64,000 nucleotides of DNA from Paraspadella gotoi (taxonomy: Eukaryota > Animalia > Chaetognatha): assembly GCA_051294375.1 (NCBI GenBank), contig CM119263.1:13470414-13534413 (forward strand), in the 5' to 3' direction. Positions 41,208-51,654 of this stretch are shown here, one piece after another (positions within the stretch are counted from its first letter, which is position 1; every line of letters starts with the position of its first letter). The position numbers were made by a program, and so were the translations under genes. The notes under the pieces were generated by a model, which worked only from the letters and a program-made list of their open reading frames with translations, did not search any database and was not told the origin of the DNA.

Positions 41208-44200
41208 GATCCTTCTAAAAACTTCTATCCTTCTATCCTTTCTACGCCTTCTAGCCCTTCTTTAACCTCCTATCTCTCCAAGGACCTTCTATCCTTCTAT
41301 CCTTCTTGCTATCCTCTAACCCTGTTCTTATCAGATCCAAAGACTGAGAAAAAAAATTCCTCGTCGAATATTCAGTTGATCGAGAGGGTTCGGTTGCCCG
41401 GCAATTTACTCGGTTCAGCGTTAAAGTTCTTGGGTTCCGCATAGCTCTTGTTTTTCCGGCTCATCTCCTTCCAACCCTGAGTGGCACATTGCCTTTCTTC
41501 TGCGCTTTTATATAGAGGCACGCTGTTTATCAGTGTGGTGCTAGCTTCATTGTTTCAGCATGTTCAAGTTGTTGTTTTGCATATTTCATGTTATGTTTCA
41601 TATGAATGAAGTATAATTGTACCAGTATTCAAGGTTTCATTTTCCTTTAAGTGCCAAATCTTCGAATATAGTTTTTTGTTAAAAAAGTGTCGCGGGAAGT
41701 AAGCTTCCAATTGCATGGGTTTCTTCAGGCTGTCTCTCTCTCTCTACTCTCTGCTCTCTCTCTCTCATTCTCTCTTCTCTTCTCTCTTAAACGACAGCGG
41801 TGCAGAATTACCATCTCATTATGCAGTGCGCCATAGATCTTGGCTTATCATTGCCCCACACACGGACTACGTGGCGCCCTTCTCTTTCACGCGACTTCGC
41901 TCACCATTTTCTTTTTCTTATCTCTTTCTTTGCTTTTTTTTCTTTCTTTCCTCTTTTAGTCTTTTCCTTATTGCTTCCATCCTCTCATCTCGCTTTTATG
42001 TTTCTTCTGGCCATTTTTATTTTTTATTTCCTATTAATTCATTTCATATTTTCTCCTTCAAGTCTCTGTTAATCTTCTTTTTTATTTATTGTTTTGCACG
42101 CGGATCGGTGCGTGAGCATCCATTTTTTAGACAAATTCTGTTTGAAGGATCTTTATTTGACCCTGCCTTTTTCTTTAGTTCTTTGGCAGTTTGTTTCAAA
42201 TTCCGTTTGATCCCATTCTTTGTTTCATTTCCTGTAATGCTTAGTTCTTACTCGCGTAATTTGATCTTTAACTATTTTGTTTCTGGCTTGCATGGTGGTT
42301 GTTCGCCTTGCGATCGTGGTTGCCCTTCCAGTTTCTCCAAAATCCTGTTTTTTTTTGTTTTTTTTTTTTTGTTTTTTCTCGTTTTGTTTTTTTCTCGTCC
42401 TCATTTTTTTCTCCCACTTTTTGTTGTTTCTTTTTTTTTTTTTCGTTTTTTTTCCGCTGCTTATTCCGAGCGCTTCTACCGCAAGAATGTTCGAAAGAAG
42501 AATCGGTCTCAGGTCATTTTTCTAAAAAACGAAACGGCGCGAGACAGTACGAGAATGAAGAGACAAGTGAGGAACTGAGACTCGCTATGTTAAAAAGTTC
42601 AGACAAATAAATTTTAAAAATCAGCAGCAAGAGACATGCGGCAAGATAAGGGCTCGATGCCTAGAGAGACAGTTTCTTTAGAAGAGAGACAGTCAGCAGA
42701 GACGCCGAGGCCGCTGGCGAGAGAGTTGTTCAGCCGCTGTTGTTGAGTGGAAAGGGACGAAGTCTCCCACGGTCTTGTGTTGCGCAGCTTTTTTTTTTGT
42801 TGGTTCATTTTTTTTTCTTCGGCGGGCGTCGGCGGAGTGCCAGATGTCGCATTCACGGATTTCTCGCGTCTCCTCTTTTGGTTCCCTCCCACCAGGCATG
42901 GTAAGGGCGGGCGCGGCCGGATGGAGCTTAAAAGTTCGGAGCCTCGTCTCTCGGCTCGGGTCGTCTCCTCCGGCTCAGCTGCCTCTCACGTCTTCGGTCG
43001 GACGGAACTCCATGGCTGATGAACTTGGCAGAAAGGCCGTCGGGGAACGGCGAGCCGCTCGCGGGAGGCAGCCGCGGCGGGCCGCCGGATCTGGCTTCTC
43101 TCCGTCTCTGCCGCGGCTCGCCTTCGACTCCTTTGTTTTTGCGGGCTCGATCGTTCAGGGCGTGGGTGCGCTGGCTATTCTTCGCTCAGTCGGCGGTCAT
43201 GACCCTGTCTTGGTGGCTGCTTGAAACTCTCTTCAGGCCTCTTGCCTTATCGTCGCGGATCCCGCGGCTACGTGAGGCGCCGTCAAAAGGCTCGCACTCC
43301 TCCGCAATCGTAGTCTGGCAGCGGCCGGAGCCTTATCTCTTCTCTCTCTCTTAACGGACTGCGTCCACCGCTGCCGAGGCTCTCTCTCTGGCCTCCGAGC
43401 GGATGCGAGTCGCATAGGTGTTCGCGTGTGGATCCGGGAGTCCTTCTTGTTAAAGAGATAAAGGCCCTTTTGTAAAGTATTACAGGTTATTCGTAGTCAT
43501 TTCAGAACGGATGTCAGAAAAGAAAGAAAGAAAAAGGAAGACAGAAAGAACGAGAAAGAGAAAGAAAAGAAGGGAAAAAAAATTTAAGATTTAGTCAACG
43601 AATTTTTTTAATGATTAGACGATTTGTTGGCTAAAATGAATGAAGAGTTGCAATGAAAGAGAGATATACATGCTAGAATAAATGATTAAGATACTGCTGA
43701 AGAACGAATTGAAATATGAATAAGATGAAAGATATCGACAATGAGATGATATAGTATTATTTGCATTTTGCTTACGGCGGACTTTGCGAGGGGACCTGTA
43801 TGAAGAGTAAAGAGTAAGAGCAAATTTTAGATCAAGGTTGAGAATAAAATTCGAGCATGCAGCTGTGAATATTTAAGAATATTTTGTTTTTGTTATTTTC
43901 AAGTTTTCGCGGCATAGAGCCATAGTTTAACACTTGGTAAAATGTTCAAAATTTTTTAAAGATATTTTTTTCTGTGACTTTTAAAGCAGATTTTTAATTT
44001 CTCGGCAAGGAACGTATTAATTTAATTTAATCTCAATATGACTAAATATCGGAATTTTCCAAAAAAAGGTGAAGCGACGAGTTTTTGTAAGGGTTGTTTC
44101 GTTTTGTCTCAGAGAAGCTCCTGAGTGGGCGCGATGGAGGGATGTCCGATGCCGGTTTTTTCGTGGGAAGTCCTAGGAGCTTCTGCCCTCTTTCGGCCGG

Positions 44201-44820
44201 TGGAGAAAACAAATGAACAGCCCTGTAGCGTCGTTCGTCGCCATTTTATTTTTCAATGATTTTTTAAAATTATTTCTATTTAATTTAATTTAATTCAATT
44301 ATTTAGCTCATTCCTGTGGTTTTTGTTAATTAATTTTTGGCTTCGCTGTTTTTAATTGCCAAAACGATTATTTTTTTCAGCTCTTGTCGATTTTTAGATA
44401 TGTTACCTTGTCTGATAAGAAAACTTCGTAGTGAAGGGGCACTTTTTCTCGTAAACGTAAAGTTTATTATCAAAAGATAATCACGAGCGAAAATACAATG
44501 TTTATGTATATCGTGATGGGACCTGATCGAAAGCACTTGATAATTTCATCCTAACACCGGATCCGTTTGTTTGTTTAAACATACAAACAGACTGTTTATG
44601 AATTGTTAAATCCAAAGACTCGCAAATCGTGATATCTGAGTTCGAACTTTACTTCGTCACAAAAATTTATCGTTTGGATCATTTCATCGTTCGTGCTTAC
44701 GTCGTTCGTAACTATTCAGTCCTTTCATCGAGATTCAGTATGTTTATTAATTGGTTACTGAATTTATACTGATTTTTGTAATTCTTTTGAGCGTTTAAAT
44801 AATGATTTTAATAATTATTC

Positions 44821-45042
44821 TTGAGGCAAAATGGTTTTTGTTTTACAACGAATTTTTTTTTTTTTTTTTTATTTTTCATAGAAAAGACGGACATGTTTCG
44901 GCTTTAGTTGTTTGACGCTGAAGAAGACTTGCAACTAAAGCCGAAACATGTCCGTTTTTTCTATGAAAAATAAAAAAATTCGTTGTAAAACAAAAACCAT
45001 TTTGCCTCAATACATAGAACAACGAAAAGAAAGGTTATTACC
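44821..45042 (+). mobile_element. Penelope-like pseudo-LTR inverted-repeat insert with a 13-bp TSD
   Basis: Near-perfect arms 44821-44910 and 44932-45010; tail CAACGAAAAGAAAG; direct repeat AATAATTATTCTT at 44810-44822 and 45043-45055; contains a hammerhead motif. Confidence 0.75.
44914..44956 (+). ncRNA. Minimal type I hammerhead ribozyme motif (Penelope-type)
   Basis: gacg-CUGAAGA-a-GACUU-gcaacua-AAGCC-GAAAC-AUGUC-cguu: conserved core boxes, stem II with one mismatch, palindromic ACAUGU stem III and a GUC cleavage triplet. Confidence 0.7.
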
Positions 45043-45147
45043 AATAATTATTCTTTATTGTACTGTTTGAATATCTATATGCTTTGATTATTTTATTAAG
45101 GTACCCTTCATAAATAGACTATTTGATCGTCGATCTGATCATGCCTT

Positions 45148-45670
45148 TGAAGCATCTCTGGACTACCGAAGCATCTCGCCGGGGTGGAGGAGTTTCCTCA
45201 AATATTCTTCGAATATTCTCGGGGGCGTTTTAGGAAGAGGACGGACCGGCGGGTCCTAACACAAAAAAACATTGTAAAAATACATATCGAATTAAAGGTA
45301 CAATTTTGTAGATTCTAACAATACAATGATCGTAATTGTACATTAAATATATTACAAGTAATTATCAAAAACGTTTCAAATGTAAACTCTTTTAGTCTGT
45401 GCTATTTCTTGTCGTTATTTGATTTGTTAGTTTTCGCCGAATCTGCCAATGAGCGTTGAGGCTAAATCTTTTCTCCGTGTCGTTGATCCGACAGCGTCTT
45501 CACTGCCCCCCCCCCAAGACGACGTCTCGGTAAGAGATGGAGGCATGATCCGAATAGCGCAAAGGGGGACGACGAAACCTTGTCGGCCTCGCGGGTTGCG
45601 TGGCGTCCTCATCAATCGCGGGTTGAGTGGCGTCATCATCAGCGGCGGGGAGAAATCGAGTGACCGGTAT
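45148..45670 (-). mobile_element. LTR retrotransposon 3' end (BEL/Pao-like): ORF tail, PPT and 355-bp LTR (45502-45148)
   Basis: Minus frame reads IPVTRFLP...RPTRFRRPPLRYSD...VLGGGQ*. A G10 polypurine tract lies just before TGAAG; the LTR ends CTTCA (TG..CA, 5-bp inverted termini). Confidence 0.6.
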
Positions 45671-47426
45671 ACAGTAGTTTCAATGTGGTCATACAGACTA
45701 ACTCTTCTTAATTCTCAAAGGCTTCGATATTAAGGTGGGTTTTTCTTTAATTTGAAATTTTTTTAAATGAAATATTCCAATGCTTTCCTATTAAAGAATG
45801 TCGTTTATAATTGTTTGGTAGCCACCAATGATTTTCCATTACCTATAATTATAATTTGATGAATGTTTTTGAATTATTCATTTTTCTACTAAACTTGATA
45901 TTTTTTTATTTAAATATCAAAATATAATTTCATTTCTATTTTAGATCACATTCGTTAATTATGTAATCAATATGTCAATTTTTCTATTTAAAATAAATCT
46001 CCTTCGAAACTTTTCTATTCCATTCAGGATATTTTTTTTGATCGAGTTAATGACGCGGTCTCACTGACTGACTGGGCCATCAAGCATTATACGATTGTCG
46101 TCTTGACTTTAAAACTACTACTTAAAGGTAATCAATTGAAATATAGTATAACTTTTACTGAAGTCATTGTTTTTAATTTTTGAGAGTTTAATGCGATTAA
46201 TTTTAGGCTATTCAGCTGGTCTCGGTCAACTTTATTGGTGCAGGTTTTATTTGTTGTAACCAAATTAGGTTTCCACTAAGCTTAGCTTTTTTATCCAGAT
46301 GTGAATCCAAATTTATTATCGCCAATTTTACGCGTGATTGCCTTTTAATTCAAGACGCAATATTGAAGTATGAGTTTTAAGGTAAGAAATTCAAAATTTT
46401 TAATCACTTCTTCGTCGCTACTATTTTCTTCCAACTTGAAAGGCGTTCGACCTCCTGGCGGAGGATGACGTTGAGGATGTTGTACCGACAGCGGCGCCAG
46501 AAACCACAAGGCCATCTCCGTAAACAAGTTGAGCTGGTGAGGATTAAACGTCGTCCTTATGGCGAGTAAGGCAGAAAACGGGCGCCAAAACCAGTTGGGC
46601 TAATCCGCTGTCAAACCAATGCCTCCATCAAACCGCGATAAAAAGTTCGACAACGACACAACAAGGCCACCCACCTATGGGCAAAAGCATCGGCCACAGT
46701 AATAGTGGTGTAGGAGATTGGGATCGCGTTATTAGACTGTTGCTTCAAAGACTTTAGAATGTTGAAAATAGCTCATTCTGTTGTGTTTCCTCTTTCAATT
46801 TGCTATTTTATTTTATTTTGCTAAAGTCCAATATCTATACCATCTTGAATTAGAAAATTGCTTATTAATGATAGGTCACCTTTATATTATTTTAAAGATT
46901 GATTTCAAAACAGTTTTTAACCATCTTTATTAAAAGTCGCCAAATCCCCGGTCGGCGAAAGTAAAATTTAGCTAATACTTTTGACGCCAAGCTCAATTCT
47001 CTTTTTACATTTGAAATTGATCATACTGAACTTAAAAAATTATTAAATTAATGTATTACTTTTATCGTTGCATAGTATCTGTAATTAATATTCTTTTGTA
47101 AGAATCCAAAGTTTTGAAACTGATTATACTAAGCATTTAAGCTTTTTATTTTTTTTTTATTCCTTTTAATCTTTTTATAGTCAGTTTTATTAGTAGGAGC
47201 TAATCTCGCTGACTAAAAAAATTATTTTGATTGATGTATTGTTTATTACTTGTAGAAACGGTTAATTTTTTTCAGTCATTCATATTTTGCTCGCTAGATC
47301 TGAACTTTAACAATATTGACATATAGTTGAAATTAGTTTTCTAATTTAGTATCTATATTGTACTTCTTGGTCTAGTTTTACAAGTATTACATAGAAGTCG
47401 GGTTTTGGTTAAGGATTTGCCGCCAC

Positions 47427-47570
47427 TTTTTATCTCGCCAGACGGGCTATGGCCAGTCTTGGGCGAGATGGAGTTTGCTTAATGCTTAATGCTTATGCTT
47501 CTTTGTAGCGGCGGCGGCGGCATCGTCACGCTTTTTTACAATTAAAAATTTTAAAAGTTTGTAACCTTAG
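47427..47570 (+). mobile_element. 5' end of a Helentron/HINE-like element, related to 55843-56010
   Basis: TTTTT start, ATCTCGCC...GGCGAGAT hairpin, (GCG)n, and GTCACGCTTTTT shared with the 55843 copy. Confidence 0.4.
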
Positions 47571-47832
47571 GAATGAATAATGAATAAAGAATAATTATCA
47601 TCGAATCAATGAATGATTATCAACGCATCACTAAATTACTCATATTAAAAAATGACTATTATTACATTAAAAATTTATTATCATCACATTCATAAAATTA
47701 ATAAAATTATATTATTATTATTATTAAGAATTTTGCTAGTTTGAGGGCCTGCCTTTTGATAGTCTAGATAACAATAAGTAACAAGTAAAAGACAGTAATG
47801 ATTTTTGTGTTAGTGACAGAACCGTTCAATAT

Positions 47833-47935
47833 AAGCAGTCCCTGAGCTTCGGATCGCGTTGTAACACTGTGTTACAGGCGGGTTCAGGGCCCCGTCCCTC
47901 AACTACTAGGCGACCTTTGGGTTGGGAGGCGAATG
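47833..47935 (-). mobile_element. tRNA-derived SINE, copy 2 (internally deleted head)
   Basis: Reverse complement aligns with 38484-38608. Confidence 0.65.
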
Positions 47936-48726
47936 TAGTCGTGCTCTATCAGAATCCATCAAACAATTTTAAGATTTCCAAAAAAAAATTTTTATATAGT
48001 AATATATTTATTTTAATTAGGCTAGTACCCAGTAGTACCCTGTATTGTGGACATTAGAAAAAATAATGTATTTTTACCTTTTTTACTTTAGTATTTTTTA
48101 ATATATCTCTTTCTCCCTCCATTTTTCTCTCTTCGTTTTAATTGAAAAAAAAATTGTCCGAGGATTGAACTCGTCATGATTAGAGTTCCGATTAAACCGT
48201 TAACAGTTAACGTTATTAACGGTTAAAAATAATTTTAACTTAACCGTTAATATATTTATTTTAACGGTTAAATTCGGTTATTTTCAAGTATGATTTTTGT
48301 TATGAAAACTTTCATTTTTTAGAAAAAAAATTTTTTTCCTTATTCTCCTCTTCCTTTCTCACTATATTTCCCCCTCTCTCTGTTCTACATTTCCCCCTTT
48401 TTTCTTTGTTATTTTCAACCCTTTTAATCTTTTTCTATCCTAATCTATTATCATTTTTTCTGCCCTTTCGGTTTTTTTTTACTTACTTTCTCCCAATTGT
48501 TTTCGTTTTTCCTTTCAGCTAATTTTATACATTTACATCAAAGAATATTTTGAAATATAATATGCATCTGCATATATTTTTTTTCAAATCAAATTTTTAC
48601 ATGCAATAATATTCTATTTTGCTAATAAAAAAAATAAATAATTTTTCTTATTTTACTTTTTTTAGCTTTTTCTTTCAATTTTTCGATCATTCAACCATTC
48701 AATTAATAAATTGATATTCGTAATTA

Positions 48727-48932
48727 AGAGAAAACAAAGTTTATTTGTTTACAAACAACGGGTTTTTATTCCAAAAAACGGACATGTTTCGACTCTAGTT
48801 TTTCCGAGTCTACATCAGCGCGTGAGAGTCGAAACATGTCCTTTTTTTTTAAACTGAAAACCTGTTGTTTGTAAACAAATAAACTTTGCTTTTACTTGAC
48901 TATAAACGCAACGAAAAGAAAGTCTTAACACA
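48727..48932. mobile_element. Penelope-like inverted-repeat insert nested in the hAT element
   Basis: Inverted arms around GGACATGTTTCGACTCT / AGAGTCGAAACATGTCC; same CAACGAAAAGAAAG tail; TSD ATATTC(G/A)TAATTA at 48714-48726 and 48933-48945. Confidence 0.72.
48778..48821 (-). ncRNA. Minimal hammerhead ribozyme motif with a variant core (CUGAUGU)
   Basis: gcg-CUGAUGU-a-GACUC-ggaaaaacua-GAGUC-GAAAC-AUGUC-cgu; perfect 5-bp stem II, one core substitution. Confidence 0.6.
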
Positions 48933-50239
48933 ATATTCATAATTATATTTATTTATGGTCATGGTTTATGAAAGACTAACAACAAAAAACATGCTTTCAA
49001 GAAACTAACAACTATAAAAATAATGAGGAAGAGAAATAAAAAAAGAAAAAGCGCAAACGAAAGAAAGAAAAAAAAAGAGAGAAAACAAAATATACAGAAT
49101 TAAAATTACATTGTGCTTTTTCTTTTCATTGTCTTTTTTCATATTTTTATTATGCTATGAGGCAAAAGAAAAATTTATTATGCTGTTTTTTCAAACCATT
49201 TTTCTCATTTATCAACTATAATGTGTACCTCATCTATCTGAAATAAAAGATAAAGACGATTCATAGCCGGAGTAAAGGAGAAAATACCATTAAATACTTT
49301 AGTTAGTTTCGAATATTAATATTTTAAATTTAAAATTAAATTATAAATTAACCGATTTTAACGGTTAACCGTTAAAAACTTAGTTTTTAACGGTTAAGCA
49401 AAGTTCCTCAAAAATTAACGGTTAACGGAACCCTAGTCATGATTAGGCATCGCAACATCGCATTCGTACATGGTGACAAATTTACAAGCGCCGGTAAAAA
49501 AAACGCTGTCATTTGCAAACCAGTGGTTATTTCATTCATTTAAAAATTAGTTGAGTAGAATATATTAAAGTTATTTGTGTTCAAAATTTATATTGATCAG
49601 TTAAGATATGCCTTGACAATGAGTGGAGAAAGTTGGCTTGTAAAATTGGGTTTCATTTTCCAACTCAATGTTTTAAATTTAATTTTTTTTAATTTCTATT
49701 ACTTTTTTAAACAAATATTTATTAAGATATTAACAATATTAATATCTTCTGAAAGCCCTTAAAAAATGAAGAGAATAATATACTTACGAAAGCTCTAACA
49801 TAACAATAAAGCTGCCCAACCTTGGTTCAATTAAAAGAATCAAAAATAAATTATTTAAAATTTTTAATTTAAAAAAAAAATATATGACCTGTTTAAATTA
49901 TTATAATATAAAATATTATTATTTATTTAAGTTTCATGAAAGAGCCTGAAAAAAAAGATTTAACGTAGCCAGTCACAATTTGATAAAAATCTTAAATTTA
50001 CTCTCCGACTATTGATTTTTGGAAAGATGTTTTGTTTTTGAGTATCTAAAATAAAATTAAAGCTGGGCCAGTTAAATTTTATACTACAGTATTTGTAAGT
50101 ACGTCATTCTCTTTAGATTTGAAAGGGCTTTCAGAAGATAATAATATTAATGAAATTGGTACAACCAATATAAAACTTATCCATTCATTTAATAAATAAG
50201 CTATCTTATCCCTGACTTTGGACAGGCTTTGGTGGTTTA

Positions 50240-50686
50240 AGGCCTCAATCACACAGTGTGTGATTGAGCTGGATATAAAGTTTCGATGGAATCGTCCGAG
50301 TGGAAATGAGTTTAATTGAAAAAAGAAAATATAACACCAATTACTCGTGAGTGGATGGGGCGATTGACTTGAAATTTTGTATTTGAGTAGAAAAGTGTGA
50401 TTAAACTGGAAATCAAGTTTCGATGGAATTGTTTGAGTGGAAATGAGTTTAAATGGAAAAACTAAAGAACCTGTTTATGGAATTGATTATGCTTCTTTTT
50501 ATTTTAAATGTAAATGCAAGATGTATTAATTAATAAAACAATTAATCATTTAATTAATCAATCAGTCAATTAATAAATAATTAAAACAAACATATCAAAT
50601 TGCTTAATTAAATAATTAACTTGAATAAATTAATTATTAATTAATGATCGTGGGCAGATCCGACATTGTTTGCTCAAACTTGTTTT
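50240..50686 (+). mobile_element. HINE/Helentron-type element, copy 2
   Basis: Body homologous to 27160-27320; 3' GCAGATCCGAC plus GTTTGCTCAAAC stem-loop plus TTGTTTT; internal duplicated 'aagtttcgatggaat...gagtggaaatgagttt'. Confidence 0.6.
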
Positions 50687-51233
50687 AGTATCAAAATTTG
50701 TTGTTAATCCAGATTTTTCTTATGCAATTGCGATGATCCTTATGCTTTAAGATTTTTTTATTTTATTTTATATGTCAGTGTTCCGAATTACCCCTGTTCC
50801 GAATTAGCCCTATCCTTGTGTTATGAATACAATTTGAACTCTGTTTTTATTTTTTCTTAGTTTTGTCCTTGCGACTAAAAACTTTCGTCTAAACCCTCAT
50901 ATCTTAAAAATGGCTTCGCTCAATGATAAAGATTTTCCTCCATTAGCTTGCCCACGCGGACGCCGTTCTTGTCCGCCTTTTCGCAAAAATTATCTTTTGC
51001 CAAAGGTTAGTGTTAAATGGGGTTAAGCTATGTTTAAAATTAAACAAGTTAAAATATCTTATTGCCTATTAGACATTACTTAACTTTCGCTGACCGGGGT
51101 TGGTGGGTTTAGGGGTAATTAGGGTTAGGGTAATTGTGTTATAATTTTTTTAGAATTTTTTAAAAAATAAGTCTCATTGACGGGCTCGATCCCAATTTGA
51201 GGCAGGAAGGAAAGAAAGATGGCTCTTTAGTGC

Positions 51234-51459
51234 ATGAACCTCGCCGTCGTCCACCTTCTAGTCGAAGCTGGTGTCAACGTGAACGCTGTTGATGCGTCAC
51301 TGCACACCGTGCTTATGGAGGCCGTCGGATTTAGTCCACTACTTGGTTAAAGCTAAGGCTGATGTCCGCGCGAAAAGAGAAGACATGAACGCGCTGAATC
51401 TCGCAGCTCAGAACGAATGCAATGATATTGTCGAATTCTTTGACATTGTGGATGGTTAG
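51234..51459 (+). pseudogene. Frameshifted ankyrin-repeat fragment (EHMT/G9a-like by recollection)
   Basis: MNLAVVHLLVEAGVNVNAVDASLHTVLMEAV / frameshift / DLVHYLVKAKADVRAKREDMNALNLAAQNECNDIVEFF: a clear ankyrin consensus broken by a deletion near 51327. Confidence 0.75.
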
Positions 51460-51654
51460 GGTTAGTGGGGTTGAGGGCAAAAGTATTTATGTAATAATTT
51501 TTATCCTTTTTTTAATAATTAGATTTTTTTATATTGTCATTGAAAAGAGGCCAAAATCCAAGTTCGTGTCAAATTTTACTTTTTTAAAAATATTTTTCTC
51601 TAGATTACCTCCAATTGGTTTCCGGGTCCGAGCAAGGAGATCGTCCTCTCAAGC

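Larger units (their letters stand above)
48181..49435. mobile_element. Non-autonomous hAT element (1.25 kb) with an 8-bp TSD
   Basis: TIR TAGAGTTCCG...CGGAACCCTA; TSD GTCATGAT at 48173-48180 and 49436-49443; subterminal arrays of TTAACCGTTAA/TTAACGGTTAA. Confidence 0.85.

Noticed and set aside
41715-42578. 287-aa Phe-rich ORF that looks like a membrane protein
   Set aside because: T/C-rich low-complexity DNA with poly-T runs; the hydrophobicity is compositional.
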